A stretch of 63,625 nucleotides of DNA, filler included, from 6 parts of 6 records of this genome joined end to end with filler, not necessarily neighbours in it, one strand, 5' to 3'; shown: positions 28,186 through 38,466, numbered from the whole stretch's first letter. A program made the numbers and translations. The notes: generated by a model not told the origin, from the letters alone.

Positions 28186-30684
28186 TTAGAACATGTACTT
28201 GAAGCGTGCGCCCCAGACCTGTCCTTCGTCCTGGTAGTTGGAGTGAGAACCCGCCAGTACCGGCGTGTCATAGCCCTGTGACAGCGCTGCTTCATCAAAG
28301 ATGTTGCGACCGTAGGCCATGATTTCCCAGCTATCGCCACGCAGGCCGGCACGCAGGTTGACCTTGGTGTAAGCATCAACAACGTCTACGGGGTCATTAT
28401 CACCGGCAGAGTTGAAGTCATCGCGATAGTTGATGTCGGTGCTGACAAAGATCTCCATCTCATTGGACAGCGGGAACACGTAGTCAGCGTAAGCCGCCGC
28501 GCTCCAGTCAGAGGCGTACAGGGTGGGCTCGTCGGAAAGATCGTTACCGGTTGCGCCTGCCGGTGTGCCACACAGCGGGTCCACATCAAGCTGAACCGCG
28601 GTACACGGACCATCCGCGAAGTCCTTATAGGTCGCATCCAGCCAGGCGAAGTTCACACCCAGGCGCAGGTTATCCGTTGCCTGCCAGAGGCTATCGACCT
28701 CTAAGCCAAGAACCTCAGAGTTCGCGGCATTCTTCACGCCAAAACCTACGCCTTTGAAGATCGCGGTTTGCAGATCAGAGTACTCGGTGTAGAACACAGC
28801 CCAGTTCAGGGTCATGCCACCATCGAGCAGCGTGTGCTTGCCGCCGATTTCGAAAGCATCCACTTCCTCATCGTCGAATTCAAAGTCCTCGCTCGGGACG
28901 GTAGCAACAAATCCCGGAGGAGGAATCTGGCCTACGATATAGCCGCCGGGCTCGCCGTCATCAGCAGCAGTAAAGCCGCCGCTCTTGAAGCCCTGGGAGA
29001 AGCTCGCGTAGAACATGCTGTTGTCGGTAGCGTCCCACTGCACGTTGATGGACGGGGTCCAGGCGTCAGTTTTGCGATCATCCTTGTAGTCATAGGCATA
29101 AGTGTTGAAGCTTTGTGCCTGGATGATTGCAAGGAAGTAGTTGTCGCTGGGGTTATTGATACCGTTATTGCTCTCGCCGAGGAATTGCTGGCTGACAACG
29201 TCTTTGGTCTCCTCGGTGTAGCGCAGGCCGACGGTGACCCGGAAGGTGTCTGTCAGGTTAAAGGTACCCTGTCCAAATGCCGCCCATGACTCGGAGTCCA
29301 GCTGATAGTAGTGGTTACGGGAAATCTGGTTTGCCGAGAAGGCCCCGCCGGTCAACACGGCCAACAGGTTTTGTGGCACAAGTTCAGGGGGGGGGTTGCC
29401 CGGCGTGGTTGCGGAGATGAACTCCGGGAACAGGCCATCAAAATTGGTATCGAATACCACCTGGGAGTTAAACTCCAGGTCGCTGGTGTCATAGTAGACA
29501 CCGGCAACATAGTCGAAGAACTCACCGCCCGGTGAGGTGATGCGGAATTCCTGGCTCCACTGCTCGAAGTCCTGGTCATCGTCACGTGAGATAAACTGCA
29601 GCGGCAGCCAGTCAACGTCAGCACCGTCCACATAGTTGTATTTCGAGTAGCCGGTAACCGAGGTCAGGGTGACGTTGCCGACGTCCCAGTTGGCCGTCAG
29701 TACGGCATTGTCGAACTCGTTATTGCTGCTATCGGGGTTCTTGCCAATACCGATGCCATCTGCCTTGGATCTTCCGTAGCCATTGTCTTTATAGACGGCG
29801 AATTCCTTGCCAGCGGAGTCCGGGTAGTCAGGGAAGTTGAAATCCATCAGTGCGTAGGCAATGCTGGCGAAGGCCGAGCGATTGGGAACCTGGGCCTCAC
29901 GCTCTGCTGGGCTCAGGTAAGTCAGCGTACCCGATGCAGCGCCATCCCGCTCGTAATCAGAGTTGCTGTACTTGAACGCCACATCGAAAGTGTCGGTTGG
30001 CGCCCAGTTCAGGCTGATGCGGTAGCTGGTTTCTTCCTCTGCACCGTCCACCTCGCCGGTATAGAGGTTGTCGACGTAACCGTCGGTTTCACGGTATTTG
30101 AATGCCAGTCTCGCCGCAAAGGTATCGGTCAGGCCGCCACCGACATAGCCTTCATACAGCTGGCCGTCGTTTTCTTCAAAAGAAGCAGCGATTTCGCCCT
30201 CGAGTTCGTCGCCCGGGGCGTTCGAGCCAGTGATCATGTTCACTGCGCCTGCAACCGTGTTACGGCCGAAGAGGGTACCCTGCGGACCGCGCAGGACTTC
30301 TACCCGCGACAGGTCCAAAAATCCAGCGCGCAGCTGGCGGGCACGACCCATGTACACGCCGTCAACGTAAACACCGACGGACTGCTCAAAGCCGCGGTTG
30401 TTACCGGAGCCGACGCCGCGCATGTAGATATTGGTGTTAACCGGGGCGTTGGCAATGTGCAGGTTGGGCACATAATCAGCCAGCGCGGACATGTTCGGGA
30501 TACCGGCATCCTGGATTTTTCCACCCTGGATGGCAGACACCGAAATCGGTACGTCCTGGAGGCTTTCGGCCCGCTTCTGCGCGGTCACGATCACTTCTTC
30601 GAGTTGTTGGGCCTGGGTAAGGGTGGTGGCTGTTGCCAGGGTAACGGCTGCAACCAGTGGTGCCTTGCGGAATGACACGGGCAT
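28186..30684 (-). CDS. TonB-dependent outer membrane receptor
   Basis: 'LEEVIVTAQKRAESLQDVPISV', 'VEVLRGPQGTLFGRN', terminal 'GARFKYMF'. Confidence 0.95.
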   Translation of the reverse strand: MPVSFRKAPLVAAVTLATATTLTQAQQLEEVIVTAQKRAESLQDVPISVSAIQGGKIQDAGIPNMSALADYVPNLHIANAPVNTNIYMRGVGSGNNRGFEQSVGVYVDGVYMGRARQLRAGFLDLSRVEVLRGPQGTLFGRNTVAGAVNMITGSNAPGDELEGEIAASFEENDGQLYEGYVGGGLTDTFAARLAFKYRETDGYVDNLYTGEVDGAEEETSYRISLNWAPTDTFDVAFKYSNSDYERDGAASGTLTYLSPAEREAQVPNRSAFASIAYALMDFNFPDYPDSAGKEFAVYKDNGYGRSKADGIGIGKNPDSSNNEFDNAVLTANWDVGNVTLTSVTGYSKYNYVDGADVDWLPLQFISRDDDQDFEQWSQEFRITSPGGEFFDYVAGVYYDTSDLEFNSQVVFDTNFDGLFPEFISATTPGNPPPELVPQNLLAVLTGGAFSANQISRNHYYQLDSESWAAFGQGTFNLTDTFRVTVGLRYTEETKDVVSQQFLGESNNGINNPSDNYFLAIIQAQSFNTYAYDYKDDRKTDAWTPSINVQWDATDNSMFYASFSQGFKSGGFTAADDGEPGGYIVGQIPPPGFVATVPSEDFEFDDEEVDAFEIGGKHTLLDGGMTLNWAVFYTEYSDLQTAIFKGVGFGVKNAANSEVLGLEVDSLWQATDNLRLGVNFAWLDATYKDFADGPCTAVQLDVDPLCGTPAGATGNDLSDEPTLYASDWSAAAYADYVFPLSNEMEIFVSTDINYRDDFNSAGDNDPVDVVDAYTKVNLRAGLRGDSWEIMAYGRNIFDEAALSQGYDTPVLAGSHSNYQDEGQVWGARFKYMF

Positions 30685-30711
30685 GTCGAGTCCTCTTCTG
30701 ATTAAAATTTT

Positions 30712-30811
30712 NNNNNNNNNNNNNNNNNNNNNNNNNNNNNNNNNNNNNNNNNNNNTTAATTAATTAANNNNNNNNNNNNNNNNNNNNNNNNNNNNNNNNN
30801 NNNNNNNNNNN
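30712..30811. other. Artificial contig spacer
   Basis: N44-TTAATTAATTAA-N44. Confidence 0.99.
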
Positions 30812-31183
30812 CAATCCTTGCCAGTCGACGATCTCGTTCCCGCCGACCGGGTCCTCCAGCTTATTCAGGACCGCGCGGACATCGATATCAGCGGACCTGA
30901 ATTCAATTTCGTGCGGTCCATCCGTGTCTATGATGTCCGGTATGCGCGACAGCATGAATCTGGACGTGAAGGCGACTGCAACCGTAGCTCCACCGTAGTC
31001 CTCGGCACATACGGAACCCAAGGCGACTTCGCCTGGCAGAGGTCTTCAATCACCGCCCTACCCGCCGCCCACGTCGGTCTTGAACGCTGGGGCCAGAATT
31101 GCCCCGGCATCTATCACCGTTCCGTCTTCGTCGACTGGCGTGACTATGAAGGGAACTACGGCTTTGAGCAGGTGAACTACTAG
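30812..31183 (+). CDS. 3' part of a hypothetical protein (5' truncated by the contig edge)
   Basis: Open frame from the contig start to TAG 31183 with C/G-ending codon bias; no recognisable motif. Confidence 0.5.
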   Translation, partial: QSLPVDDLVPADRVLQLIQDRADIDISGPEFNFVRSIRVYDVRYARQHESGREGDCNRSSTVVLGTYGTQGDFAWQRSSITALPAAHVGLERWGQNCPGIYHRSVFVDWRDYEGNYGFEQVNY

Positions 31184-31467
31184 CGCCTACAAAGACAGCG
31201 TTGGCATTCATCCGTATTGACCTAAGTGCTCTGAGTTACTCAATTACCGGTCGTTCACTACTGTCGATGCCAAGGTCTGTAGAGCGGGACAGAACAGACG
31301 TTGAGATTGCTAGATCTAAGGTCTGCTTCACGCGCTTAGCGCCAGCCAGGGATTACAGCTATTGCGGGAGGTGACCAGTCTCGGCCAACGCGAGATATCA
31401 TTGCATTGCCCGGCAAGATCTCGCACTTCAATCATACTGCGGTCATCAAAACTGGATCCACTCAAGT

Positions 31468-32406
31468 CTACCGCGATCGTGTTTTTGACATTGGTGGGCG
31501 AGACCGGGCAAGCAGGTTTTTTGCTGCCGAAGTAATACGATCACGCAACCACCGGTGCGCCGGATCGGTGCTGTCGCGGCGATGCCAAACCAGAAAAACC
31601 GGCACAGGTTTGCAATTAAACGGGAGAGGCGCCTGGTCAAGTTCCCGGAGTGGCCCAAGCGACATGTAGTTCAACTCGGTCGCAATCAGGTCGCTGCCTT
31701 TGACGAAACGCGGGATGGCGCCGAAATTGGACACGGAGACAACAGGTTCCACCATTTCTGAACTATCGACATCCGACACGGCATTGAACGAGCTCCGGCC
31801 ATCGGCGAACCGCACTTCGATACGCTTATCAGTCCGGTATTCCTCCCAACTGGCTGGTGGTTGGCGAATTGCGGCATCGTAAAAGCAGACCATTTCGCCT
31901 TCAAAAAGTTTTGACTGGATGATCTCGGGGCCTTCCGGTGGCACCGGCGTGACAATGAGATTACAGCGTGCGTCGTTCAACAGGGCCGCCGAGGGAACGC
32001 CCGATGGCATGAAGGTCAGGTGAAGTTCGACACCCGAACGAGTTGCGGCGTGCAGGATGCCGGGGAACAGCACGTCCCGCGTCAGATCATTTGCCGCAAT
32101 AGCAAAGCGCAGCGGTTGCAGCTTTGGGTCAAAGGCCCGTTCATCGGCCAGCCGCTTCATGCTGTCGAGGACATGCATCACCGGGTCGCGAAGGTTACGG
32201 GCGCGTTCCGTTGGCACGATACCGCGCCCAGACCGCACAAACAGCGGGTCGCCGAAGATGCTGCGCAACTTGTTCAGCGCGTGGCTGATGGTCGATTGCG
32301 TCAGGTCCAAACGATCCGCCGCGCGCGACACGTTCGACTCCTGCAAAACCGTCACAAAGATGTTCAGCAGTTGCCAGTCGAGCTTCCTATGATCGAGTTC
32401 ATTCAT
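31468..32406 (-). CDS. LysR-family regulator (NodD/LeuO/DntR-like)
   Basis: 'LDWQLLNIF...NVSRAADRLDLTQSTISHALNKLR..FGDPLFVR', 'DPAHRWLR'; divergent from the TRAP operon. Confidence 0.92.
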   Translation of the reverse strand: MNELDHRKLDWQLLNIFVTVLQESNVSRAADRLDLTQSTISHALNKLRSIFGDPLFVRSGRGIVPTERARNLRDPVMHVLDSMKRLADERAFDPKLQPLRFAIAANDLTRDVLFPGILHAATRSGVELHLTFMPSGVPSAALLNDARCNLIVTPVPPEGPEIIQSKLFEGEMVCFYDAAIRQPPASWEEYRTDKRIEVRFADGRSSFNAVSDVDSSEMVEPVVSVSNFGAIPRFVKGSDLIATELNYMSLGPLRELDQAPLPFNCKPVPVFLVWHRRDSTDPAHRWLRDRITSAAKNLLARSRPPMSKTRSR

Positions 32407-32498
32407 ACCATATATCGATATCAATCGATGGATCGAAGGTCTACAAATTCCTAACCTCTCCCGAATCCGGAAATCCAGAGCCAATCAGGGAGGAAATC

Positions 32499-33509
32499 AT
32501 GAATCTACGCACACTCGTTGCAAGTGCGGTTGCCGCGGCAACCTTTCTTGTCCCGCCAGTTTATGCAGAAGAGCTTTCGGTCGCGACATTTGTGCCGCCC
32601 AAGCATGCGACCAACACGATCCTGTTCGATTGGTTCGGAAAGGAGCTTGAGGCGCGCTCGGGCGGGTCGCTGACGATGAAACTCTATCCCGCCGGTCAAT
32701 TGGGCGCAGGCCCAGTGCAGCAATACAAACGCGCCGTTGAAGGCGTTGCTGACATCACCTTCGGGCTGCAGGCCTACACCCCGGCGCTGTTTCCCAAAAC
32801 CATGCTGATCATTCCGCCCGGCAAAGCGACCAATTCGATGGAAGGGACCGAGCGGTTGCTGTCGGTTTACGAGGACCATCTTGCCGACGAATACGGCGAT
32901 GTGAAGCAGCTGGGCGTATTCACCGTGGCCGGGGCTGCCTGGGCGGCAACCAAGGACGTGTCCACGCTTGACGGGTTAAGCGGCGCCAAGATGGTGCCTT
33001 ATGCAGCGATGACCACACCGATCATCGAAGCCCTGGGCGCGACCCCGGTGCAGATGCCGGTGACCGAGATGTATACCGGCCTGTCGACCGGCACGATTGA
33101 TGCCACGACCGTCGGGTATTCCAACATGACCCCGCCGTGGAACTTTTGGGATGTGTCCAGCCATCTAGTGGAAAACGTGCCGGTTCAGTTCGCCGTGTTC
33201 TTCGTGGTGATGAACAAGGAACGCTACATGGGCCTGTCGGACGAGCATCGCGCGATCATCGACGATTTGGCGGGTGAGCCATTTTCGCTGAAGGGTGCCG
33301 AAGCCTTCACAGCAGTTGAGACGCGTGCGTTTGGCATGCTCGACGGGGCCGCTCAGATGGCGAATGTTACCCGCATCAGCGTCAGTGACGACGAGCGGGC
33401 CAAGATGGATGCCGCCGTCAATCAGGGGCTTGACGCGATTTTTGCCGATTATGAAAGCCGCGGCATCGCCGATGCCAGAGCAATCTACGACGCGATCAAC
33501 GCCGACTGA
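32499..33509 (+). CDS. dctP: TRAP transporter substrate-binding protein
   Basis: GGAGG RBS, signal peptide, 'YPAGQLG', 'GVADI', 'LGATPVQMP..EMYTGLSTGTID'. Confidence 0.88.
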   Translation: MNLRTLVASAVAAATFLVPPVYAEELSVATFVPPKHATNTILFDWFGKELEARSGGSLTMKLYPAGQLGAGPVQQYKRAVEGVADITFGLQAYTPALFPKTMLIIPPGKATNSMEGTERLLSVYEDHLADEYGDVKQLGVFTVAGAAWAATKDVSTLDGLSGAKMVPYAAMTTPIIEALGATPVQMPVTEMYTGLSTGTIDATTVGYSNMTPPWNFWDVSSHLVENVPVQFAVFFVVMNKERYMGLSDEHRAIIDDLAGEPFSLKGAEAFTAVETRAFGMLDGAAQMANVTRISVSDDERAKMDAAVNQGLDAIFADYESRGIADARAIYDAINAD

Positions 33510-33573
33510 CCATCAAACAGGCGCGGGTCGCAATGGCCCGCGCCCTTCGCATTCTCATTTCTGGAGTAGAACC

Positions 33574-34329
33574 ATGCCAAGACTTGAAAACAAAGTTGCC
33601 GCGATCACCGGCGCAGCCCAGGGCATCGGCGCCGCGTTTGCGCTCCATCTCGCCAAGAATGGCGCGAAGGTCGTGGTCTCGGATATCGCCGACCCGTCAG
33701 CAACGGTTGATGCCATCAAGGCGGCAGGCGGTGAAGCCGTGGGGCTGAAAGTTGACGTCACCAATAACGGCGACCTTGCCCAAATGGTGCAGACGGCCAA
33801 ATCTAAATTCGGCGGGCTTGATATCCTGGTCAACAACGCCGGAATCTTCTCAACGCTTCAACCCAAACCGTTCATGCAAATCGACGAAGATGAGTTCGAT
33901 ACGATCATGACGGTGAATGCCCGCAGTGTGCATCAGGCGACCAAGGCGGTCGTGCCTGCTATGATCGAACGTGGCGGCGGAAAGGTGGTGAACATTTCGT
34001 CAGGGACGTTCTACTACGGACCGCCGGGCCTGTCGCACTACACCGCTTCCAAAGGGGCCATTTTCGGATTGACCCGCTGTCACGGTCGCGAATTGGGCGA
34101 CAAGAACATTCAGGTCAACGCGATCGCACCAGGCCTGACCGAAAGCGAAGGCGTCAAGGCCAACGAAGCGTTCAATCCATTCGGCGCACCCACGGTGGCG
34201 ACCCGTTCGATCAAGCGCGAAATGGTGCCCGAAGACCTGTTGGGGACGCTGATCTATCTGTGCAGTTCCGACAGTGATTTCGTCACCGGCCAGACGCTGA
34301 ACGTCGATGGCGGCAAGGTCAACGTCTGA
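33574..34329 (+). CDS. Short-chain dehydrogenase/reductase (probably NAD-dependent)
   Basis: 'TGAAQGIG', Asp after beta2 ('VSD'), 'NNAG', 'YTASK', 'GQTLNVDGG'; GGAG RBS. Confidence 0.92.
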   Translation: MPRLENKVAAITGAAQGIGAAFALHLAKNGAKVVVSDIADPSATVDAIKAAGGEAVGLKVDVTNNGDLAQMVQTAKSKFGGLDILVNNAGIFSTLQPKPFMQIDEDEFDTIMTVNARSVHQATKAVVPAMIERGGGKVVNISSGTFYYGPPGLSHYTASKGAIFGLTRCHGRELGDKNIQVNAIAPGLTESEGVKANEAFNPFGAPTVATRSIKREMVPEDLLGTLIYLCSSDSDFVTGQTLNVDGGKVNV

Positions 34330-34371
34330 TCCGCGTGCTTTAACCCGGACCATTGAGCAAAGGAGAGCGGC

Positions 34372-35865
34372 GTGAGCAAGACAGCAGACATAGTCAGGAC
34401 GACCCTGTATATCGATGGTGAAGAACGCGCTGCGAAGGGAGGCCGGGAATACGGCCAGTTCAACCCGGCAAGACCCAAGGAATTGGTCGGTCACGCCGCG
34501 CTCGCCGCATCGGAAGATGTCGATGCGGCGGTTCGGGCGGCGCATGCTGCGTTCCCGACATGGTCAGCGCTGAGCTTCGCCGAACGCGCCGGAATGTTGC
34601 GCCAAGTTGCCGCCGCACTGACGGCGGATAAGGCGGATGTCGCGGCGCGGTCGAAACTGTTCACCCGGGAACACGGCAAGATCACCCGCGAGACCATGAT
34701 GGAGCTCTCCCGGCTTGGCGACCGGTTCCTGCTGAGCGCCTCTTATGCCGAGCGGCTGGCAAACGAAGAGCAGCTTTCCGGTCCGCCCTTTGACACAATT
34801 GTCACGCGTCAGCCGCGCGGGGTTGCGGCACTGATCGTGCCATGGAACTGGCCGCTGTCCATCCTGGGGGCCAAGCTGCCGCAGGCGTTGATTACCGGCA
34901 ACACGGTGGTCGTCAAACCGGCGCAGAACTCGGCCCTGGCGCCGACTCTGACGCTTCAGATCATCGCCCGTTTGCTGCCACCCGGTGTCGTAAATATCGT
35001 GACCGGCGCGGCACGGGACATCGGCGATGCGCTCGTCGGTCATCCGCTGGTGCGCAATGTCAACTTCACCGGTTCGATCCCGGTGGGCAAGCACGTGATG
35101 AAAATCGCGGCCAACAACCTGACGCCGGTCACGCTGGAACTGGGCGGCAACGACGCCGCTTTGGTTCTGGAGGATGCGGAACTGAGCGCCGAGGCGTTCC
35201 AGAAGATGTATATGGCCTCCTTTGCCTCGACCGGTCAGATCTGCATGGCAATGAAGCGCCTTTACGTCCACGAAAACCGCTATGACGAGGTGGTCGATGG
35301 TCTTCGGGCGGCTTGCGGTCGCGCTGTTGTGGGCGACGGGTTGCTGCCCGAAACTACGATGGGGCCACTGAACAATGGCAAGCAACTGAATGTTGTGAAG
35401 TCGATGATCGCCGAGGCCCGAAGCCACGATGCCGAGGTTTGCGAACTGGGCCAGGTGCCGGACGAGGCGCTTTATGACGGCGGCGGGTATTTCCAGAGGC
35501 CGACCTTGGTTCTGGACGCAGATCAGGGTCTGACCGTGGTGCAGGAAGAACAATTCGGTCCGGTGCTTCCCATTTCCAAGTTCCGCACGGAAGACGAAGC
35601 CGTCGCGCTGGCCAACGACAGCATTTTCGGGTTGTGTTCTTCGGTCTGGTCAAAAGATGCCGACCGCGCCACCGCGATCTCGCGCAGGTTGGAAGCCGGC
35701 TACACCTATCTCAACAACCACGGACCGATGGCACAAGACAGCCGCGGCCCGTTCGGTGGTTTCAAGCAATCCGGGATTGGCCGAAACCTTGGCTATGACG
35801 GTGTGTTGGCATTTGCCGAACCGCACTCGATTTCGGGACCCGCCGGGTTCCTGTTCGGGAGCTGA
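34372..35865 (+). CDS. Aldehyde dehydrogenase
   Basis: 'IVPWNWP', 'FTGS', 'LELGGND', catalytic Cys 'GQICMA', 'EEQFGP', 'PFGGFKQSGIGR'. Confidence 0.95.
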   Translation: MSKTADIVRTTLYIDGEERAAKGGREYGQFNPARPKELVGHAALAASEDVDAAVRAAHAAFPTWSALSFAERAGMLRQVAAALTADKADVAARSKLFTREHGKITRETMMELSRLGDRFLLSASYAERLANEEQLSGPPFDTIVTRQPRGVAALIVPWNWPLSILGAKLPQALITGNTVVVKPAQNSALAPTLTLQIIARLLPPGVVNIVTGAARDIGDALVGHPLVRNVNFTGSIPVGKHVMKIAANNLTPVTLELGGNDAALVLEDAELSAEAFQKMYMASFASTGQICMAMKRLYVHENRYDEVVDGLRAACGRAVVGDGLLPETTMGPLNNGKQLNVVKSMIAEARSHDAEVCELGQVPDEALYDGGGYFQRPTLVLDADQGLTVVQEEQFGPVLPISKFRTEDEAVALANDSIFGLCSSVWSKDADRATAISRRLEAGYTYLNNHGPMAQDSRGPFGGFKQSGIGRNLGYDGVLAFAEPHSISGPAGFLFGS

Positions 35866-35868
35866 CAA

Positions 35869-36408
35869 TTGAACGACAAGCAAAACCTTCCACGCCTGAT
35901 CAGCACACTGGATACTGCGCTGAAGTGGATAGCGCTGGTGTTTGGCGGGTTGACGCTGATCTTCATGACCGGGTTCTCCGCCTGGAACGTGCTGATCATG
36001 CGCAAAACGTTCAACGCGCCGATCCTCGGGGCCGAGGATCTGCTGGTTCTGGCGTTGGTGGTGATCGTCGCACTGTCGATCCCTTATGGTGCGCGCACCA
36101 GGGCCCATATCGAGATCGAACTGTTGGAAACCCGCATGTCCGCCGGGTTCGCCCGGTGGTCAATGATCCTGATCAAGGGTCTTGGCGTGGTGCTGCTGCT
36201 CGTCATGGCGCGGCAGCTTTGGCACGCGGGCCAAAGCACGGTGCGCTTTGGCGAAACCACGCAACAGTTGCTGATATCTTTCGAGCCATTTTATTATATG
36301 CTTGCGGTCTCAGCCCTGCTCTATGGGGCCGTTCTGATCACCGACATCTGGCAACTGCTGCGCGCAGGCCGCGTTGTTCCCTTGGATGCAGGGGAGCCAA
36401 AGCCATGA
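35869..36408 (+). CDS. dctQ: TRAP transporter small permease
   Basis: 4 TM segments, 'HIEIELL' motif; stop overlaps the dctM start (ATGA). Confidence 0.88.
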   Translation: MNDKQNLPRLISTLDTALKWIALVFGGLTLIFMTGFSAWNVLIMRKTFNAPILGAEDLLVLALVVIVALSIPYGARTRAHIEIELLETRMSAGFARWSMILIKGLGVVLLLVMARQLWHAGQSTVRFGETTQQLLISFEPFYYMLAVSALLYGAVLITDIWQLLRAGRVVPLDAGEPKP

Positions 36409-37763
36409 TGAGCATGACACTTCTTGGCCTCTTGGGTCTCGGGGCGTTGTTCGTCCTGCTTGCCCTGCGCATGCCGGTCGCCCTGTCGATGCTGGGTGTG
36501 GGGTTTGTTGGCACAGCGATTGCCAACGCCAACAAGTTCATCCTTATCGGCATGGATCATGATCAGGCCTGGGCGCGCGGCTGGAAGACGGCATATTCTA
36601 ACTTGTCTGGCGAGACGTTCGAGGCGGCGTCGAACTACAACCTTCTTGTAATCCCGATGTTCGTGCTGATGGGTGCACTGGCGGGAGCCTCAGGCATGTC
36701 GCGTGATCTCTACGATGCGGCCTATCGCTGGATGGGGCATCTGCGCGGCGGGCTGGCCTCGGCCACTATCGCCGCCTGTGCCGGGTTTGCAGCACTTTCG
36801 GGCTCGTCGCTGGCCTCGGCGGTCACCATGGGTCGCGTCGCATTGCCGGAAATGAAAAAATACAAATACAAGGACAGCCTTGCCACCGGATCGGTCGCGG
36901 CAGGTGGGACTCTGGGTTTTCTGATCCCGCCCTCGGGCGGCATGATCATCTATGCAGTTTTGACCGAACAATCGATTGGGCGGCTATTTATGGCCGGAAT
37001 TATTCCGGGCATCGTTCTGACCTTGCTGTTCATCGCCGCGATTTATCTTGTGGTTCTACGCAAGCCCGAAACCGGCCCCGCCGGCCTGCGGTCAAGCAGT
37101 GCCGACCGCCGTGCCGCCTTGCTGCGGGCGCTGCCCATTCTGGGCGTCGTGTTCATCACCATCGGCGGTATGTACACAGGGTTCTTCACCCCGGTCGAAG
37201 CCTCGTCGGTGGGCGCGTTCTTTACCTTTGTCGTCGCCATGGCGCGCAGATCGCTGACCCTTCAGACGGTTCAATCCGTGGTGCTTCAAACCATGAGCGC
37301 AACGGCGACTGTGTTCATGATCATCATCGGCGCCTTTGTTTTCATTCCCTTCATGTCACTGACCGAGGTTCCTGCCGATCTGGTGACGCTTCTGACATCC
37401 CTGCCCATCGGCGATACCGGCGTTCTGCTCCTGATCATCCTGGCCTACATCCTGCTTGGCATGTTTCTTGAATCCATCGCCATGCTGGTGCTGACCATTC
37501 CGGTGGTCATTCCTATCGCCGTGGGACTGAACTGGGATCTGATCTGGTTCGGCATCATCGTGGTGATCGTGCTGGAAATGGGCATGATCTCACCCCCGGT
37601 GGGGATCAATGTCTTCATCGTCAAATCCATCGCACCCGATGTGCCTATGCGCGAGATTTTCATTGGCATTCTGCCGTTCTGGCTGGCCATGGCGCTGATG
37701 CTGGGGCTGCTGATCGTGTTTCCGCAGCTGGCAACCTTTTTGCCGCAGACCCTTTCGGGGTGA
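36405..37763 (+). CDS. dctM: TRAP transporter large permease
   Basis: 'IPMFVLMG', 'GGTLGFLIPPS', 'SIGRLFMAGIIPG', 'ISPPVGINVF'. Confidence 0.93.
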   Translation: MMSMTLLGLLGLGALFVLLALRMPVALSMLGVGFVGTAIANANKFILIGMDHDQAWARGWKTAYSNLSGETFEAASNYNLLVIPMFVLMGALAGASGMSRDLYDAAYRWMGHLRGGLASATIAACAGFAALSGSSLASAVTMGRVALPEMKKYKYKDSLATGSVAAGGTLGFLIPPSGGMIIYAVLTEQSIGRLFMAGIIPGIVLTLLFIAAIYLVVLRKPETGPAGLRSSSADRRAALLRALPILGVVFITIGGMYTGFFTPVEASSVGAFFTFVVAMARRSLTLQTVQSVVLQTMSATATVFMIIIGAFVFIPFMSLTEVPADLVTLLTSLPIGDTGVLLLIILAYILLGMFLESIAMLVLTIPVVIPIAVGLNWDLIWFGIIVVIVLEMGMISPPVGINVFIVKSIAPDVPMREIFIGILPFWLAMALMLGLLIVFPQLATFLPQTLSG

Positions 37764-37815
37764 AGGCAGTGCGCATGACACTCCCAAATCTTCACACCGC
37801 CAACCGAGTGGACCC

Positions 37816-38193
37816 ATGAGCATACGTTTTTTCTCCACCAAAAACCGGCCGATTCATTTGGGCCCTTATCCTCTGGAACAGTTGCAGCGGATCGATGCGG
37901 CACCTGATCTTTCGGCGGTACCGCCGACGCCAGTGTTGGATTTCCGGCGGCTGGACACGCCGCATTCGCTGGTCAACGCGATGGGCGAGTATCAGGCGAT
38001 GATGGATGTGATCCGCGACGGGATCGTCAACCCAGAAGCGGGGGCCGCCCCAGCCGACCCGCAGGAACGGGCCAATCACATGAAAGCGTTTGGCTATTTT
38101 CAGGACGCCTCAATGATGGCGACCTGCCGGTTGCCACAGGACGCGCTTTTGCTAGCGCCGACACGCAACCCCGATATCGACCGGCTGGCGCAT
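37816..38193 (+). CDS. rdhA: N-terminus of a catabolic cobalamin-dependent reductive dehalogenase (NpRdhA/BhbA-like); 3' truncated
   Basis: 'FSTKNRPIHLGPYPLEQLQR' and 'PADPQERANHMKAFGYFQDASMMATCRL' closely parallel the NpRdhA N-terminal region as recalled; no Tat signal; the Fe-S motifs would lie beyond the contig end. Confidence 0.75.
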
Positions 38194-38293
38194 NNNNNNN
38201 NNNNNNNNNNNNNNNNNNNNNNNNNNNNNNNNNNNNNTTAATTAATTAANNNNNNNNNNNNNNNNNNNNNNNNNNNNNNNNNNNNNNNNNNNN
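38194..38293. other. Artificial contig spacer
   Basis: N44-TTAATTAATTAA-N44. Confidence 0.99.
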
Positions 38294-38383
38294 GAGACCA
38301 TGCGCCAGACCGGCATGGACATGATGGAGCAGTACAAGGAAACCTCGAAGGGCGGGCTGGCCGTCAATATCGTGGAATGCTGA
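38294..38383 (+). CDS. sdaA: C-terminal end of Fe-S L-serine ammonia-lyase (5' truncated)
   Basis: Translates to ETMRQTGMDMMEQYKETSKGGLAVNIVEC*, the conserved SdaA 'YKETS.GGLA' terminus. Confidence 0.85.
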   Translation, partial: ETMRQTGMDMMEQYKETSKGGLAVNIVEC

Positions 38384-38466
38384 TCCGCCTTTTCCCGCCT
38401 GTCGTAAGCTGAACATCCCCGGCGGCCAGAACCTGCGCCGCCGACTCTCTCTTTCAAGGGGCCGAC

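Noticed and set aside
35925-36404. Apparent 160-aa N-terminal extension of dctM (likewise for the SDR, GNAT 59803 and obgE 60650)
   Set aside because: Overlaps the upstream gene in another frame; downstream ATGs with RBS or coupled stops give normal-length proteins
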